NCBI GenBank assembly: GCA_964553765.1
Contig: CAZKLN010000002.1
Span: 21,890-85,889, forward strand
DNA: 64,000 bases
Source: an uncultured Thermofilaceae archaeon
GTDB lineage: Archaea; Thermoproteota; Thermoprotei; Thermofilales; Thermofilaceae
Direction of reading: 5' to 3'
In this document: positions 18,698-28,266 of the stretch, piece by piece
Numbering within the stretch: the stretch's first letter is position 1
Layout: each line of letters begins with the position of its first letter
Program-made: the position numbers and the translations under genes
The notes under the pieces: model-generated
Database searches by the model: none
Told to the model about the DNA's origin: nothing
What the model saw: only the letters and a program-made list of their open reading frames with translations

Positions 18698-19434
18698 CTA
18701 ATCCCTCTCCCATACTTAAGTATGTGTTATGTTATCCTGTATTTGATGAGAAAGAATATAGTAAACGGCTTATTGAGGCTTACTTATTGGGGATTAGATC
18801 ACTTATACTAGAGGGGAAAACAGAGATCAAAGGCATTCACGTTATCGGAAAAGGTACAACAAGTATAGTTGTTAAAGGGAAATACTTTGACGGAAGAATT
18901 ATCACAGTGAAGATCAGACGATTAGATTCTAACAGGGATTCTGTTATCAAAGAAGCAAAGATATTACTTATAGCTAATAGAAGAGAGATAGGTCCCAAGT
19001 TAATAGCCTTTTCACGAAACTTCGTACTGTGGGAGTTTATTGAGGGAATACCTCTGTCAGAGATTATTGCTACAATTAAAGACATAACCTTGCTTAAAAG
19101 AATACTTTTAAATCTACTAGAACAAGCATATAGGCTAGATCTTATAGGAGTAAGTCACAAGGAGCTTTCCGAACCTAAGAATCATGTACTTGTAACTAAA
19201 GACTCTAAGGTATTCATTCTAGACTTTGAGACAGCAAGCACTTCTTCCAAAAAAACAAACTTAACACAACTTATGAATTTCCTATTCTTTAAAAAAGGAA
19301 AGATTAGTTATTTTTTAAGACAAATACTAAATGTAAATAATGATACTTTACATAATATACATAAATTATTAAAAGAATATAAATATAATAGAAAAATATT
19401 TACGCAAATAGTAAAAATATTAAATTTAACTTAA
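18682..19434 (+). CDS. Protein-kinase-fold protein (RIO/Bud32-like), atypical catalytic loop
   Basis: G-loop GKGTTSIVVKG, Lys in VKIRR, catalytic-loop equivalent SHKELSEPKNHVLV and ILDFETAS in place of DFG. Overlaps cca by 16 nt. Confidence 0.6.
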   Translation: MEVSLTNPSPILKYVLCYPVFDEKEYSKRLIEAYLLGIRSLILEGKTEIKGIHVIGKGTTSIVVKGKYFDGRIITVKIRRLDSNRDSVIKEAKILLIANRREIGPKLIAFSRNFVLWEFIEGIPLSEIIATIKDITLLKRILLNLLEQAYRLDLIGVSHKELSEPKNHVLVTKDSKVFILDFETASTSSKKTNLTQLMNFLFFKKGKISYFLRQILNVNNDTLHNIHKLLKEYKYNRKIFTQIVKILNLT

Positions 19435-19528
19435 ACATAGTAATACTAATATGTTTCTATATTTATAAGCAATTTTTAAATATTATAGTTATTGAAGATT
19501 TTTAAACAAAAAACACTTTAAAAATAGC

Positions 19529-20296
19529 TTGGGAAAGATGCCTGTAAAAAGAATAGAATCAGGTATACCTGGATTAGATGAGATACTTCATGGAGGGATA
19601 CCGTATAGAAACGTTGTTCTACTCTCAGGAGGGCCAGGTACGGGTAAAAGCATCTTTGGGCAACAATTTTTGTACCATGGTCTTAGGAACAATGAGCCGG
19701 GTGTACTTGTAGCTCTCGAAGAACATCCTGTTCAAATAAGGATTAACATGGCTCAGTTTGGATGGGATGTAAGACATTACGAGGAAAAAGGGTTATTTGC
19801 TATAGTGGATGCGTTTACTGGAGGTATAGGAGAGGCGGCAAAAAGGGAGAAGTACGTAGTTAGGTCTGTCGATGATGTGCCCAGCTTTGTAGACGTAATT
19901 CGAGAAGCGATTAGAGACCTCTCAGCTCAAAGAGTGGTTATTGATTCTGTTACCACTCTTTACATGACAAGACCTGCAATAGCTAGAAGCGTCGTAATGA
20001 CGCTTAAAAGAGTCTTAGCAGGACTCGGTTCTACATCAATACTAGTATCTCAAGTTAGTGTAGGAGAGAGGGGGTTTGGAGGACCTGGTGTAGAGCATGC
20101 CGCTGACGGGATAATAAGACTGGATCTTGATGAAATAGAGGGGGAATTAAAGAGATCAATAATATGCTGGAAGATGAGAGGAACGAGCCATAGCTTAAGA
20201 AGACACCTCTTTGAGATAACCGATAAAGGTATAGTAGTACATCCAGATAAAATAGTTAAAATGCTTGCAAGAAGAGTCTATGTAAGTGAATCTTAA
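19529..20296 (+). CDS. KaiC-like RecA-superfamily ATPase, single domain (start TTG 19529 or ATG 19538)
   Basis: [40 protein letters not shown] (Walker A) and VVIDSV (Walker B-like). Confidence 0.8.
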   Translation: MGKMPVKRIESGIPGLDEILHGGIPYRNVVLLSGGPGTGKSIFGQQFLYHGLRNNEPGVLVALEEHPVQIRINMAQFGWDVRHYEEKGLFAIVDAFTGGIGEAAKREKYVVRSVDDVPSFVDVIREAIRDLSAQRVVIDSVTTLYMTRPAIARSVVMTLKRVLAGLGSTSILVSQVSVGERGFGGPGVEHAADGIIRLDLDEIEGELKRSIICWKMRGTSHSLRRHLFEITDKGIVVHPDKIVKMLARRVYVSES

Positions 20297-20384
20297 TTCC
20301 TATAAGAAATATATATTATGTTGCTAAAAACACAAAGCTTTTATATGAGTTTTACCACTTAACACACCTTAAAGGTTTTAAAAT

Positions 20385-20828
20385 ATGTTAGAAATAAGGA
20401 AATTGTATAAAATAAGTGTTGTAGTTTTAGTAGCTATTTTGGCTTTAACGTTCAGCTCTCAGGTTCTTCTGAGAAGCGTAGAGGCTGAATATGGAGGACT
20501 TTTAATGGTAACAGCTGTGGGAAACAGAGCTAATGCTTATGATGGAGGTACGGGGAATGCCAACCTACTGGTCCAGGTTCTTTCAAGTAATGGTCCAGTC
20601 ACTGGGCTTAAAAAGGGAAACTTTATAGTGCTTACGATGCTTGTCCCTCCTGGAGGAGCTAGAGTCGAAGTAGTTGATGTATATGAGTATGGTAACGGTG
20701 TTTACGCTATTTCTGTTGTACCTCAGAAGGGCTCTACTTGGCTTTCAGGAGACTATAACGGACAGATTATAGTTAAGGTTGGAAATCAAAGAGGGTTCGC
20801 CCTCTGGACTATAGAGAGAGTGCCTTAA
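20385..20828 (+). CDS. Secreted protein, unknown function (signal peptide, beta-rich)
   Basis: N-terminal hydrophobic segment ISVVVLVAILALTFSSQVLL. No family motif recognised. Confidence 0.5.
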   Translation: MLEIRKLYKISVVVLVAILALTFSSQVLLRSVEAEYGGLLMVTAVGNRANAYDGGTGNANLLVQVLSSNGPVTGLKKGNFIVLTMLVPPGGARVEVVDVYEYGNGVYAISVVPQKGSTWLSGDYNGQIIVKVGNQRGFALWTIERVP

Positions 20829-20939
20829 GCATTTTATTTATTTTTTAATATTTTTAAATAATATACTTTGCTTATAATATTTTCAAAACCAAACATTTAC
20901 TAACATATCTTTACTACTTAATATTAGGGGCTAATAACT

Positions 20940-22034
20940 ATGAGAAATGTAATTCTTATAGTAGTATTACTATTCCTAGTTTTACTTATAGTAGCACAGC
21001 CGATAATATATTCTCCTACTTTAAAAGTCGAGGTATGGGTCGACAAGGGGTGTGGAGCTACTTACTTTTTAGGAGAGAACATAGTGATATATTTTAAGGC
21101 TAATAAAGATGTGATGCTTACCCTAGTAGATGACTATCAATGGGGAACAAAGGTCCTCTTTAATGATAAAGTAAAGGGTAATAAGGTGTATGTATATTAT
21201 GGAAAAATAACGTTTCCCTCGTCCTATAGACGTTTCTACGTTTACGCTCTTGATGAAGAAGGAAGAACGGCGTATGATGAATGTATGGTAAATATTGCTT
21301 CAAAAGAGGAGAAGCCTGACTTGGTTATAACAGGTGTAAGTATATCTCCCGGAGTACCTGTAGAAGGAAGAGCGATGAGTGTAAGAGCACAAGTAGTTAG
21401 CTTGGTTCCTGTAACGACAGGACATTTCACTGTAGGTTTTTACATAGATGATGTTCTAATAGGAATAGATAGAGTTAAGTTGTTAGGCTCTGCCCCATTC
21501 ACAGGGGCAAGCATTGTATGGAGGATTCCTGTAGGCTTTGCCGGCTCACATAAACTTAGGATAGTTGCTGATATAAACGATGAGATAGAGGAAGAGAACG
21601 AAGACAATAATATATGGGTAGAGGACATATTAATCTTAAGCTCTGAAACCTCAGCTATAACTCCATGGCAACCTGTTAAGTTAGAGACTGAAGAGAGCTT
21701 ACCTGACATAGTTATAGGTAATGTAACTTTCATTCCTTCAGAAATTAAAGAAAATTCTTTGACTCTTATACTGATTGAGGTGTTTAACAGAGGAGGGAAT
21801 GAGAGTGGAACGTTTAACCTTACTCTGTATCTTAATGATAGAGAAATAGGTTACAAAAAAGTTGGAAACATTTTAGGAGGACTTTATACTAGAGTAGCTT
21901 TCTTCTGGAAGGTACCCAAGAACGTTTCTGGAGAACACCAACTAAAAATAGTTGCCGATAAAGAGAACATAGTGGTAGAGGCTGATGAAGATAATAACGT
22001 TAAGCTAATCACGATACTCATCAAAGAAGCGTAA
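20940..22034 (+). CDS. Secreted protein with two CARDB-like repeats
   Basis: Signal peptide, then two internal repeats ending HKLRIVADINDEIEEENEDNNIW and HQLKIVADKENIVVEADEDNNV, each preceded by PDLVI/PDIVI. Confidence 0.7.
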   Translation: MRNVILIVVLLFLVLLIVAQPIIYSPTLKVEVWVDKGCGATYFLGENIVIYFKANKDVMLTLVDDYQWGTKVLFNDKVKGNKVYVYYGKITFPSSYRRFYVYALDEEGRTAYDECMVNIASKEEKPDLVITGVSISPGVPVEGRAMSVRAQVVSLVPVTTGHFTVGFYIDDVLIGIDRVKLLGSAPFTGASIVWRIPVGFAGSHKLRIVADINDEIEEENEDNNIWVEDILILSSETSAITPWQPVKLETEESLPDIVIGNVTFIPSEIKENSLTLILIEVFNRGGNESGTFNLTLYLNDREIGYKKVGNILGGLYTRVAFFWKVPKNVSGEHQLKIVADKENIVVEADEDNNVKLITILIKEA

Positions 22035-22057
22035 TAAAATATAAAAAGGGAGTTAAT

Positions 22058-22756
22058 TTACTCTTCAACAAGCTCATATTCCATTCTAACACCAACTCTC
22101 ACAGGTACCTCAGTAGGTTTCATTGCAGTAATGTCAGCTCTTGTAGGGTATTCAAACACTATACGTGCCTCCTCTATGTTCACTGATATAGCTTTACCTA
22201 GCTTCATCCCTAAGGACCTTGCTGCATTTCTAGCCTTTACATAGGCGTCATTCACTGCGCAATCTAGAGCTCTTAGATATGCTTTCTTGTACTCTTCCTG
22301 AGATAAGAAATAGCTTATTTCACTCACTACATTAGCACCCGCTTTTAACGCTTGATCAAGCACCCTACTCACCATGTTAAGATTTTTCGTCTCAACCTTT
22401 AGCAGATAAGACATTGAATAGCCTATTAACTCAGGGGGTTTTTTATTATAGTCGTATTGAGGAACTAGAGAAAGATGATAGAGAGAGATCTCATCCTTAG
22501 AAATTCCTATTCTTATTATTGTCTTCTCTATAGCATCTATTTTAGTAGTTACTTCCTGGAAGAGTTTAAGAGGGTCTTTTCCGTCCTTTCTAACTCCTAG
22601 TACTATTCTTAATTTATCCGGTTGTGTAAATATAGTACATGTTCCATATACAGTAATCTTCCTTTCATTGACCTGGGAATAGCTTATTACTTCTGTTGCT
22701 AGTGAGAGCGTGTAGATAACAACTAATATTATTTTAAAGAAAGTAGTTTTATTCAT
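22058..22756 (-). CDS. SIMPL/DUF541-domain secreted protein
   Basis: Signal peptide, then ITVYGTCTIFTQPDKLRIVLGV and a C-terminal VPVRVGVRMEYEL, as in SIMPL-family proteins. Confidence 0.55.
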   Translation of the reverse strand: MNKTTFFKIILVVIYTLSLATEVISYSQVNERKITVYGTCTIFTQPDKLRIVLGVRKDGKDPLKLFQEVTTKIDAIEKTIIRIGISKDEISLYHLSLVPQYDYNKKPPELIGYSMSYLLKVETKNLNMVSRVLDQALKAGANVVSEISYFLSQEEYKKAYLRALDCAVNDAYVKARNAARSLGMKLGKAISVNIEEARIVFEYPTRADITAMKPTEVPVRVGVRMEYELVEE

Positions 22757-22778
22757 GAAATATTATACACTAAACTCA

Positions 22779-23771
22779 TTAATTAAGAATGCTATTGAGG
22801 AGCTCTTTCTTAAAGAAATTTATTATATATATGAGCCTTCTCTTATTTCTTGCGGCTAACTTGCTGTAATTAGAATAGTTATTTAAAACGTTTTTTATTG
22901 CTAAAGCGAGGCTCGCCGGATTCCTATCACTTATGACGATATTAAATCCTAGTTCTAAAAGAAAATTTACGTACTTAGCCTTAACAGCTATGACGGGTAA
23001 TTCACAATAGATGGCTTCCAATATAGCTGCCGGGATCCCCTCTCTATAGGATGTATGAACGTAAACTTTAGCCTTCTGAAGGAGCTCCCATACACTCTCA
23101 TGTTTAATTTTTCCCGTAAATTTTATCTCACATGCTGTTCTCTCAGCTTTAAGAATTAGGTTATCGAGAAGAGGACCATCACCCACTATGACGGCTTTAA
23201 TTCCGGGTAATTTATCACAGGCGTTCACCAATAACTCCTGATGTTTTACGGGAACTAAATAACCAATATTTATTACATCATACTCTTTATTTTTCACTCC
23301 TATTTCTTTAAAATCAGAAAAACTAGGAATAGTCGGTATAATCTTAGTTGAGCACGCTCCTAAACACTGCACTTTCTTCTCTATTTCCTTACTTATACAT
23401 ATTACTAAATTACTTTTACTTAGAATATATTTTAATACAATATAGTGGGTTTTTCTTTTGTATATTACGTCACTACCTATCGAGAAGAGAACAACTTTTG
23501 ACTTGGTTATATTTTTAAGTAATATAGCTATCAAAGATTCCAATCCTAAATAATATCCGACTATTACTTTAGGACGTAAGATAAGTACGAAGATTAATCC
23601 TAGCAAACTTTCATATAGGAAAACAGGAAGTAGCGTTAATTTAGTAAGTTTCCTAGGTATCCTATAACCTATCCATTTAACGTTCGCTTTGGAAATAAGT
23701 TCCCTGTAAATAGGCATGGTATGGTGAATATACCTGCTTAACAATAGGATACTAGGATCTCGAGACTTCAT
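22779..23771 (-). CDS. Glycosyltransferase, GT4/GT1-like
   Basis: C-terminal HTSYREGIPAAILEAIYCELPVIA matches the E-x7-E type GT-B motif. Last gene of the GT operon. Confidence 0.75.
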   Translation of the reverse strand: MKSRDPSILLLSRYIHHTMPIYRELISKANVKWIGYRIPRKLTKLTLLPVFLYESLLGLIFVLILRPKVIVGYYLGLESLIAILLKNITKSKVVLFSIGSDVIYKRKTHYIVLKYILSKSNLVICISKEIEKKVQCLGACSTKIIPTIPSFSDFKEIGVKNKEYDVINIGYLVPVKHQELLVNACDKLPGIKAVIVGDGPLLDNLILKAERTACEIKFTGKIKHESVWELLQKAKVYVHTSYREGIPAAILEAIYCELPVIAVKAKYVNFLLELGFNIVISDRNPASLALAIKNVLNNYSNYSKLAARNKRRLIYIINFFKKELLNSILN

Positions 23772-24969
23772 CGAGTAGATTACCTAGTTTCTCTCCTACA
23801 CTATCTAGGGAAAATACCTTTTCTGCTATTTTTCTTGCATTTATACCCATAGTTATTAAGGTTTTATCTTCTTTACTTAACATATTTAATATTGTATAAA
23901 GCTCTTTCTCATCCTCGGCAACGAAACCTACTTTCCATTTTTTAATTAAAAATGATGCCTCGCTCTTAGGACCAACATACATTATGGGCTTTCCACAGGC
24001 CATATACTCAAGCATTTTCTTAGGTAAAGAAATCTCCAGAAATGGAATGTTCGTTAACGGAAGAAGACAGAGATCAGCCAGTGATAAGTAATATGGTATG
24101 TACTTATGAGGTATAAGCCCTAAAAACTCCACATTAAGTATTCCCGCTTTGTTCTTCTCTTCTATTAATCTTTCTCGCTCTTCTCCCTCACCTATTATTA
24201 GAAACCTGTGATTATGCAAGTATGGCGCTATTTTTAGTATTCTTCTTAGATCCTGGAATGGACCAATAATACCCGTGTAAACTACTATTAACCCGTTCAT
24301 ATCTAAGATAATCCTTAATGTCTTATCGTCGATATAGACAGTAGCATCCTTTTTAGACATAGGGCGAAAAGTGGTAGTATCAATAACTCCTCTTACTATT
24401 TTAATCTTCCTAAGCCTATAATTGCGTATTAAATATCTTGCTAGATTATGAGTATGTGTAACTACAGCTTTAGCTTCTTTAAAGAGATATTTATTAACTA
24501 GCTTACCAAGTAAAATTAATATTTTTAAAAATGAATTTTTATAATTAAGATAAATTAACGTCTCAGGCCATGCATCGGTTATATCTAATATTAAAGGCTT
24601 ATTTTTTAGCTTTGAATAGGCTAGTGAGGGTAAATCCAAGAATGGATGAGGACCACGAGAATATATAACGTCTACTTTATTACCGTATTTTATTATTATT
24701 GGTATTATTGATATCATAAACGAGGCAAACATTAAAAACTTTCTTATGAATCCTCTATATCCTAAATTTAAAATAGGTCTTCTCACTATGAAAACTCTGT
24801 CTTTAAACTCCCAAGGTTCAGGATTTTTTCCTACCTTAAAATGAGGCTGAAGGTTTGATACCGCAATTACGTTATATCCTTTTTTTGAGAGAGCTTTAGC
24901 TATGTACCATCCTCTTTCACCCCCTGTGTCAGGCGGCAAGAACATGGCTAAGAGTAATACTCGTTTCAT
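23752..24969 (-). CDS. Glycosyltransferase, GT4/GT1-like
   Basis: N-terminal PPDTGGERGWYIAKAL and C-terminal PKKMLEYMACGKPIMY motifs. Confidence 0.8.
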   Translation of the reverse strand: MKRVLLLAMFLPPDTGGERGWYIAKALSKKGYNVIAVSNLQPHFKVGKNPEPWEFKDRVFIVRRPILNLGYRGFIRKFLMFASFMISIIPIIIKYGNKVDVIYSRGPHPFLDLPSLAYSKLKNKPLILDITDAWPETLIYLNYKNSFLKILILLGKLVNKYLFKEAKAVVTHTHNLARYLIRNYRLRKIKIVRGVIDTTTFRPMSKKDATVYIDDKTLRIILDMNGLIVVYTGIIGPFQDLRRILKIAPYLHNHRFLIIGEGEERERLIEEKNKAGILNVEFLGLIPHKYIPYYLSLADLCLLPLTNIPFLEISLPKKMLEYMACGKPIMYVGPKSEASFLIKKWKVGFVAEDEKELYTILNMLSKEDKTLITMGINARKIAEKVFSLDSVGEKLGNLLDEVSRS

Positions 24970-26210
24970 TCCTGTTCACTTAGTACTCTTCCGTATGCTC
25001 TTGCAAGATTCCTGGCTATTACCTCCCAATTGTATCTCTCTTTTATTAATCTTAAAGCGTTTATCGAGTATTCGTTAATGGTTTCTGGATTCTCTAACAG
25101 CCAGAGCATCCCTTCAGCGAATCCTTCAGGAGTATTATCTGTTACTACACCAGCCTTATATTTTACTATATCCCTTGTCCATCCTTTAACGTCGTTAACT
25201 ACTATGGGAACTCCAACCGAGAGATAGTCTATAACCTTAGAAGGAACGTTTATTCTCGATGCTATTGTTAGTTTTAAGGGTTGAAGTCCTATATGACACT
25301 TTGAGAGGAAGGAATAGAACTTCTCAACATTATTAAACCAAAAGAACCTGATATTTACATTAAGTTTACCTGCTAAGGAGGATACATTGTTTATTAACTC
25401 TCCTTTCTTAGTAAATAAAAACATAACATCAGGTTTTTTAAGATTAACAATCTTAATGGATTCAAGCATCAAGTCAATAGCTTTACTATAAGTTAAAGTA
25501 CCGGCATAAACGATCTTATAAGGAGGTTTTTTATCGGGTATTTGAGATATACGTGGATATCCTCCGGGTGGGGCTAAAAGCACGTTTTTCTCTGCAACCT
25601 TATAATTATTTATCACGTATTTCTTCATTTCGTTGCTTAGGACTAATATAAGATCAAAACTACTAACTAACTTTTTCATTAAAAACTGTAAGAGAAAGTA
25701 CTCAGTGCTATACCTAGATATTGTACCAGCTGAGATGAGTTCTTCAGTCCATATACCATGTAAATCAAGTACTAAAGGTCCCTTGAAGTGCCCCTTAAAT
25801 CCTCTCACTAATAAACCAGCATTATCTTGCTCTGCCTGAATAATATCTATCTTATATTTTTTTATTATTTTAAGTAAATTTCTATTTAAATTATTATTAT
25901 TATATAAATATTTTTTATAAATAATATTTAATAATAATAATTGTATATTAGAATTATAATATATTTTTCTTGTAGTTTCATAAATTTTACTTCTAATAAT
26001 TTCTGGGGTTAAATGAGCGCCAATTATAGGGAAATTAGGTAACTGGATAACTCTTACCTTTTTACTGATCTTATAACTTCTCTCATAAGGAGTTAATATA
26101 AATGACTCATAGCCTTCTCTCTCCAAATTGAGACTTAACTCCTTTACTCGTATAAACGATGCTAGTGAATGTGTGGATGGATGTAATAGGACAAAAGCTA
26201 TCCTAGTCAT
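24966..26210 (-). CDS. Glycosyltransferase, GT4/GT1-like, with an Asn/Ile/Lys-rich insertion
   Basis: The C-terminal half has PSKVIDYLSVGVPIVV. The low-complexity insert is KKYLYNNNNLNRNLLKIIKKYK. Confidence 0.7.
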   Translation of the reverse strand: MTRIAFVLLHPSTHSLASFIRVKELSLNLEREGYESFILTPYERSYKISKKVRVIQLPNFPIIGAHLTPEIIRSKIYETTRKIYYNSNIQLLLLNIIYKKYLYNNNNLNRNLLKIIKKYKIDIIQAEQDNAGLLVRGFKGHFKGPLVLDLHGIWTEELISAGTISRYSTEYFLLQFLMKKLVSSFDLILVLSNEMKKYVINNYKVAEKNVLLAPPGGYPRISQIPDKKPPYKIVYAGTLTYSKAIDLMLESIKIVNLKKPDVMFLFTKKGELINNVSSLAGKLNVNIRFFWFNNVEKFYSFLSKCHIGLQPLKLTIASRINVPSKVIDYLSVGVPIVVNDVKGWTRDIVKYKAGVVTDNTPEGFAEGMLWLLENPETINEYSINALRLIKERYNWEVIARNLARAYGRVLSEQE

Positions 26211-26213
26211 GGT

Positions 26214-27338
26214 TTAAAGAATATAGTCTATTACTTCTGTCCATAACATCATTTTTTCAAGTTGTATATTTATAATTTTTTTATAATTATTATTAATAAT
26301 ATTATTATGATAATGAGTCTTACGATTAAGTTTTTCTATGAGAGAGCGGTAAGCATCTAAGTACGTTTTTCCATCTATCTCTACTTTATTAACCAGTTTC
26401 CATAATATCTCATTTAACTCTAATCCCCTAATTTCCTTCACTAGATCAGAAAATACATTACGAGGTCTTTTATCATGATATACAAGAGGAGCTCCTAAAC
26501 ACATTTTATCTCCTAAATGATCCACTATTTTTTTCAGAAAAACACCTGACCATATATCGTCATATCTATCAACACCATTAAAATTCATGTAAAGTTGATA
26601 GAAGGCAGGTATTATTTCTCTTTTAAAAGAGGTATTCATGCTACATACCGGGAAATATGTTCCCTTATCTACTATCACCTTTCTTCGCTTTAATCCTCCA
26701 TTTTTCACATAAAATCTTCCATCTAACGCACTATATAGGATCAAGGTCAGGGCATCTAAATCAAGACATCCTATCCAGAGACCCATGTTAAGAGAACATT
26801 CACCACCTTCCATCCTCCATGTATATTCTACTTTATTCCTCCTTATCCCATAAGGGTAACCCCTAGGATAGAGCTGAGCATTAAAGTACAAAAAGAGGTT
26901 CTCTAAAGTATTATACCACTTATTACTAGAGTTAACTTTCATTCCTAAGGTATTATCAAGGTTATATAAATGATCAAGTATTATATCGTTGTTTTCAACT
27001 GGATAGACATCATCATCGATCTCTATTATCACGTCTGCGCCCTCTTCATAAGCTATGAGGTAGCCAAAGCTTATCTCGGCATGACACCTCTCAGGTATGA
27101 TAGAGAGGTATTTCTCGTAGTTTGCTCCAAATCTTTTCTTAAACCATTCTTCTCGTTCTCTGGGACCGTAGAAATTTACCTCGTGTTCTTTAAACAGTTT
27201 TTCGTTTCTCTTCCTTAGTAAGCTTTCTCCCTCATCTATTATAATTATTTTATTTACGTTACCTTTACTTCTTGCTAATAACTCCTTGAGACCTTTCAAC
27301 TCGTTTATGGATGCCGTCACTACATATACTTTTTTCAT
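26214..27338 (-). CDS. Reversibly-glycosylated-polypeptide (RGP, GT75)-like protein, possible UDP-sugar pyranose/furanose mutase or self-glycosylating transferase
   Basis: RYDDIWSGVFLKKIVDHLGDKMCLGAPLVYHDK closely resembles, from memory, the plant RGP block YDDMWAGWCVKVICDHLG. There is also an IEIDDDVYP acidic motif. Confidence 0.55.
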   Translation of the reverse strand: MKKVYVVTASINELKGLKELLARSKGNVNKIIIIDEGESLLRKRNEKLFKEHEVNFYGPREREEWFKKRFGANYEKYLSIIPERCHAEISFGYLIAYEEGADVIIEIDDDVYPVENNDIILDHLYNLDNTLGMKVNSSNKWYNTLENLFLYFNAQLYPRGYPYGIRRNKVEYTWRMEGGECSLNMGLWIGCLDLDALTLILYSALDGRFYVKNGGLKRRKVIVDKGTYFPVCSMNTSFKREIIPAFYQLYMNFNGVDRYDDIWSGVFLKKIVDHLGDKMCLGAPLVYHDKRPRNVFSDLVKEIRGLELNEILWKLVNKVEIDGKTYLDAYRSLIEKLNRKTHYHNNIINNNYKKIINIQLEKMMLWTEVIDYIL

Positions 27339-28222
27339 GCCTTTTCCTCTCTTATTATAGTAATTATTGTATAGAGTATTATAGCTGCTATAAGCAGCAA
27401 TAGACCTATTATTGTCCCTGAGACGGCAACTAACGCTATATTAGTTACTACCCTTCCTTCTATAGAGTAAATCCTTAATGTCCATATAAGAAAGCCTAAA
27501 CCTATACTTAGTGAAATTAACCCAGGTACGCCATAGAAAGCTATTGGGTGTTTTATCGTTGCAAATTTTAGCAAAGATGAGAGGACATCTATTCCATGAT
27601 AAAGAGGGTTATGTGTCGAAGTACCAGAGCTATAACTTACGCTTATGGGCACCTCAATTATCTTCAAATTGTGTGATGCTGCTTTGTCTAATATCTCAAC
27701 GCTAGCTCCCATACCATTTTCAGTGGGGATAAGTAGAGGTATTATATCTGATTTATAAGCTCTGAAACCACTTTGAGCATCGGAGATATTTATCTTCATG
27801 CTTCTTCTAGTAAGTTTAGTTATGAGGGAGATGGCTATTTTTCTATAAAACGGTACTTTACCCTTAGATTCTTTAAGGAACCTACTTCCAAGAACTATAT
27901 CCGCTTTTCCTTCGATTATCGGCTTTATTAATTTAGGTATGTCAGAGGGATCATGCTGCCCATCTGCATCAAGCGTTATGATGATCTTAGGAGATTCCTT
28001 TAATGCTTCTTTAAATCCTGTTCTCAAAGCAGCTCCATACCCTTTATTTCTCTCATGAGCTACAACTATAGCTCCTAATTCCTCCGCAATGTCCTTTGTT
28101 AGGTCTTTAGATCCATCATCCACAACTATTATCTCATCGACATATCTCTTCGTTGACACTATTACTCTTGCTATCGTGTTTTCCTCATTAAAGGCCGGTA
28201 TAACCGCTATTACATCTTTCAA
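27335..28222 (-). CDS. GT2 dolichyl-phosphate glycosyltransferase (Dpm1/AglD/GtrB-like) with C-terminal TM helices
   Basis: VIPAFNEE, VVDDGSKD, LDADGQHDP and two C-terminal TM helices. Confidence 0.85.
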   Translation of the reverse strand: MKDVIAVIPAFNEENTIARVIVSTKRYVDEIIVVDDGSKDLTKDIAEELGAIVVAHERNKGYGAALRTGFKEALKESPKIIITLDADGQHDPSDIPKLIKPIIEGKADIVLGSRFLKESKGKVPFYRKIAISLITKLTRRSMKINISDAQSGFRAYKSDIIPLLIPTENGMGASVEILDKAASHNLKIIEVPISVSYSSGTSTHNPLYHGIDVLSSLLKFATIKHPIAFYGVPGLISLSIGLGFLIWTLRIYSIEGRVVTNIALVAVSGTIIGLLLLIAAIILYTIITIIREEKA

Positions 28223-28266
28223 TCATGACACCGAGATAGTTTATCTTGAAAACACCTATACCTGAG

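Noticed and set aside
25860-25985. Extremely AT-rich, repetitive-looking stretch, checked as a possible CRISPR or tandem repeat
   Set aside because: No repeated unit with regular spacing. It is in frame within the GT4-like gene and encodes an Asn/Ile/Lys/Tyr-rich insertion (KKYLYNNNNLNRNLLKIIKKYK). A similar stretch lies at 26260-26330 in the RGP-like gene.
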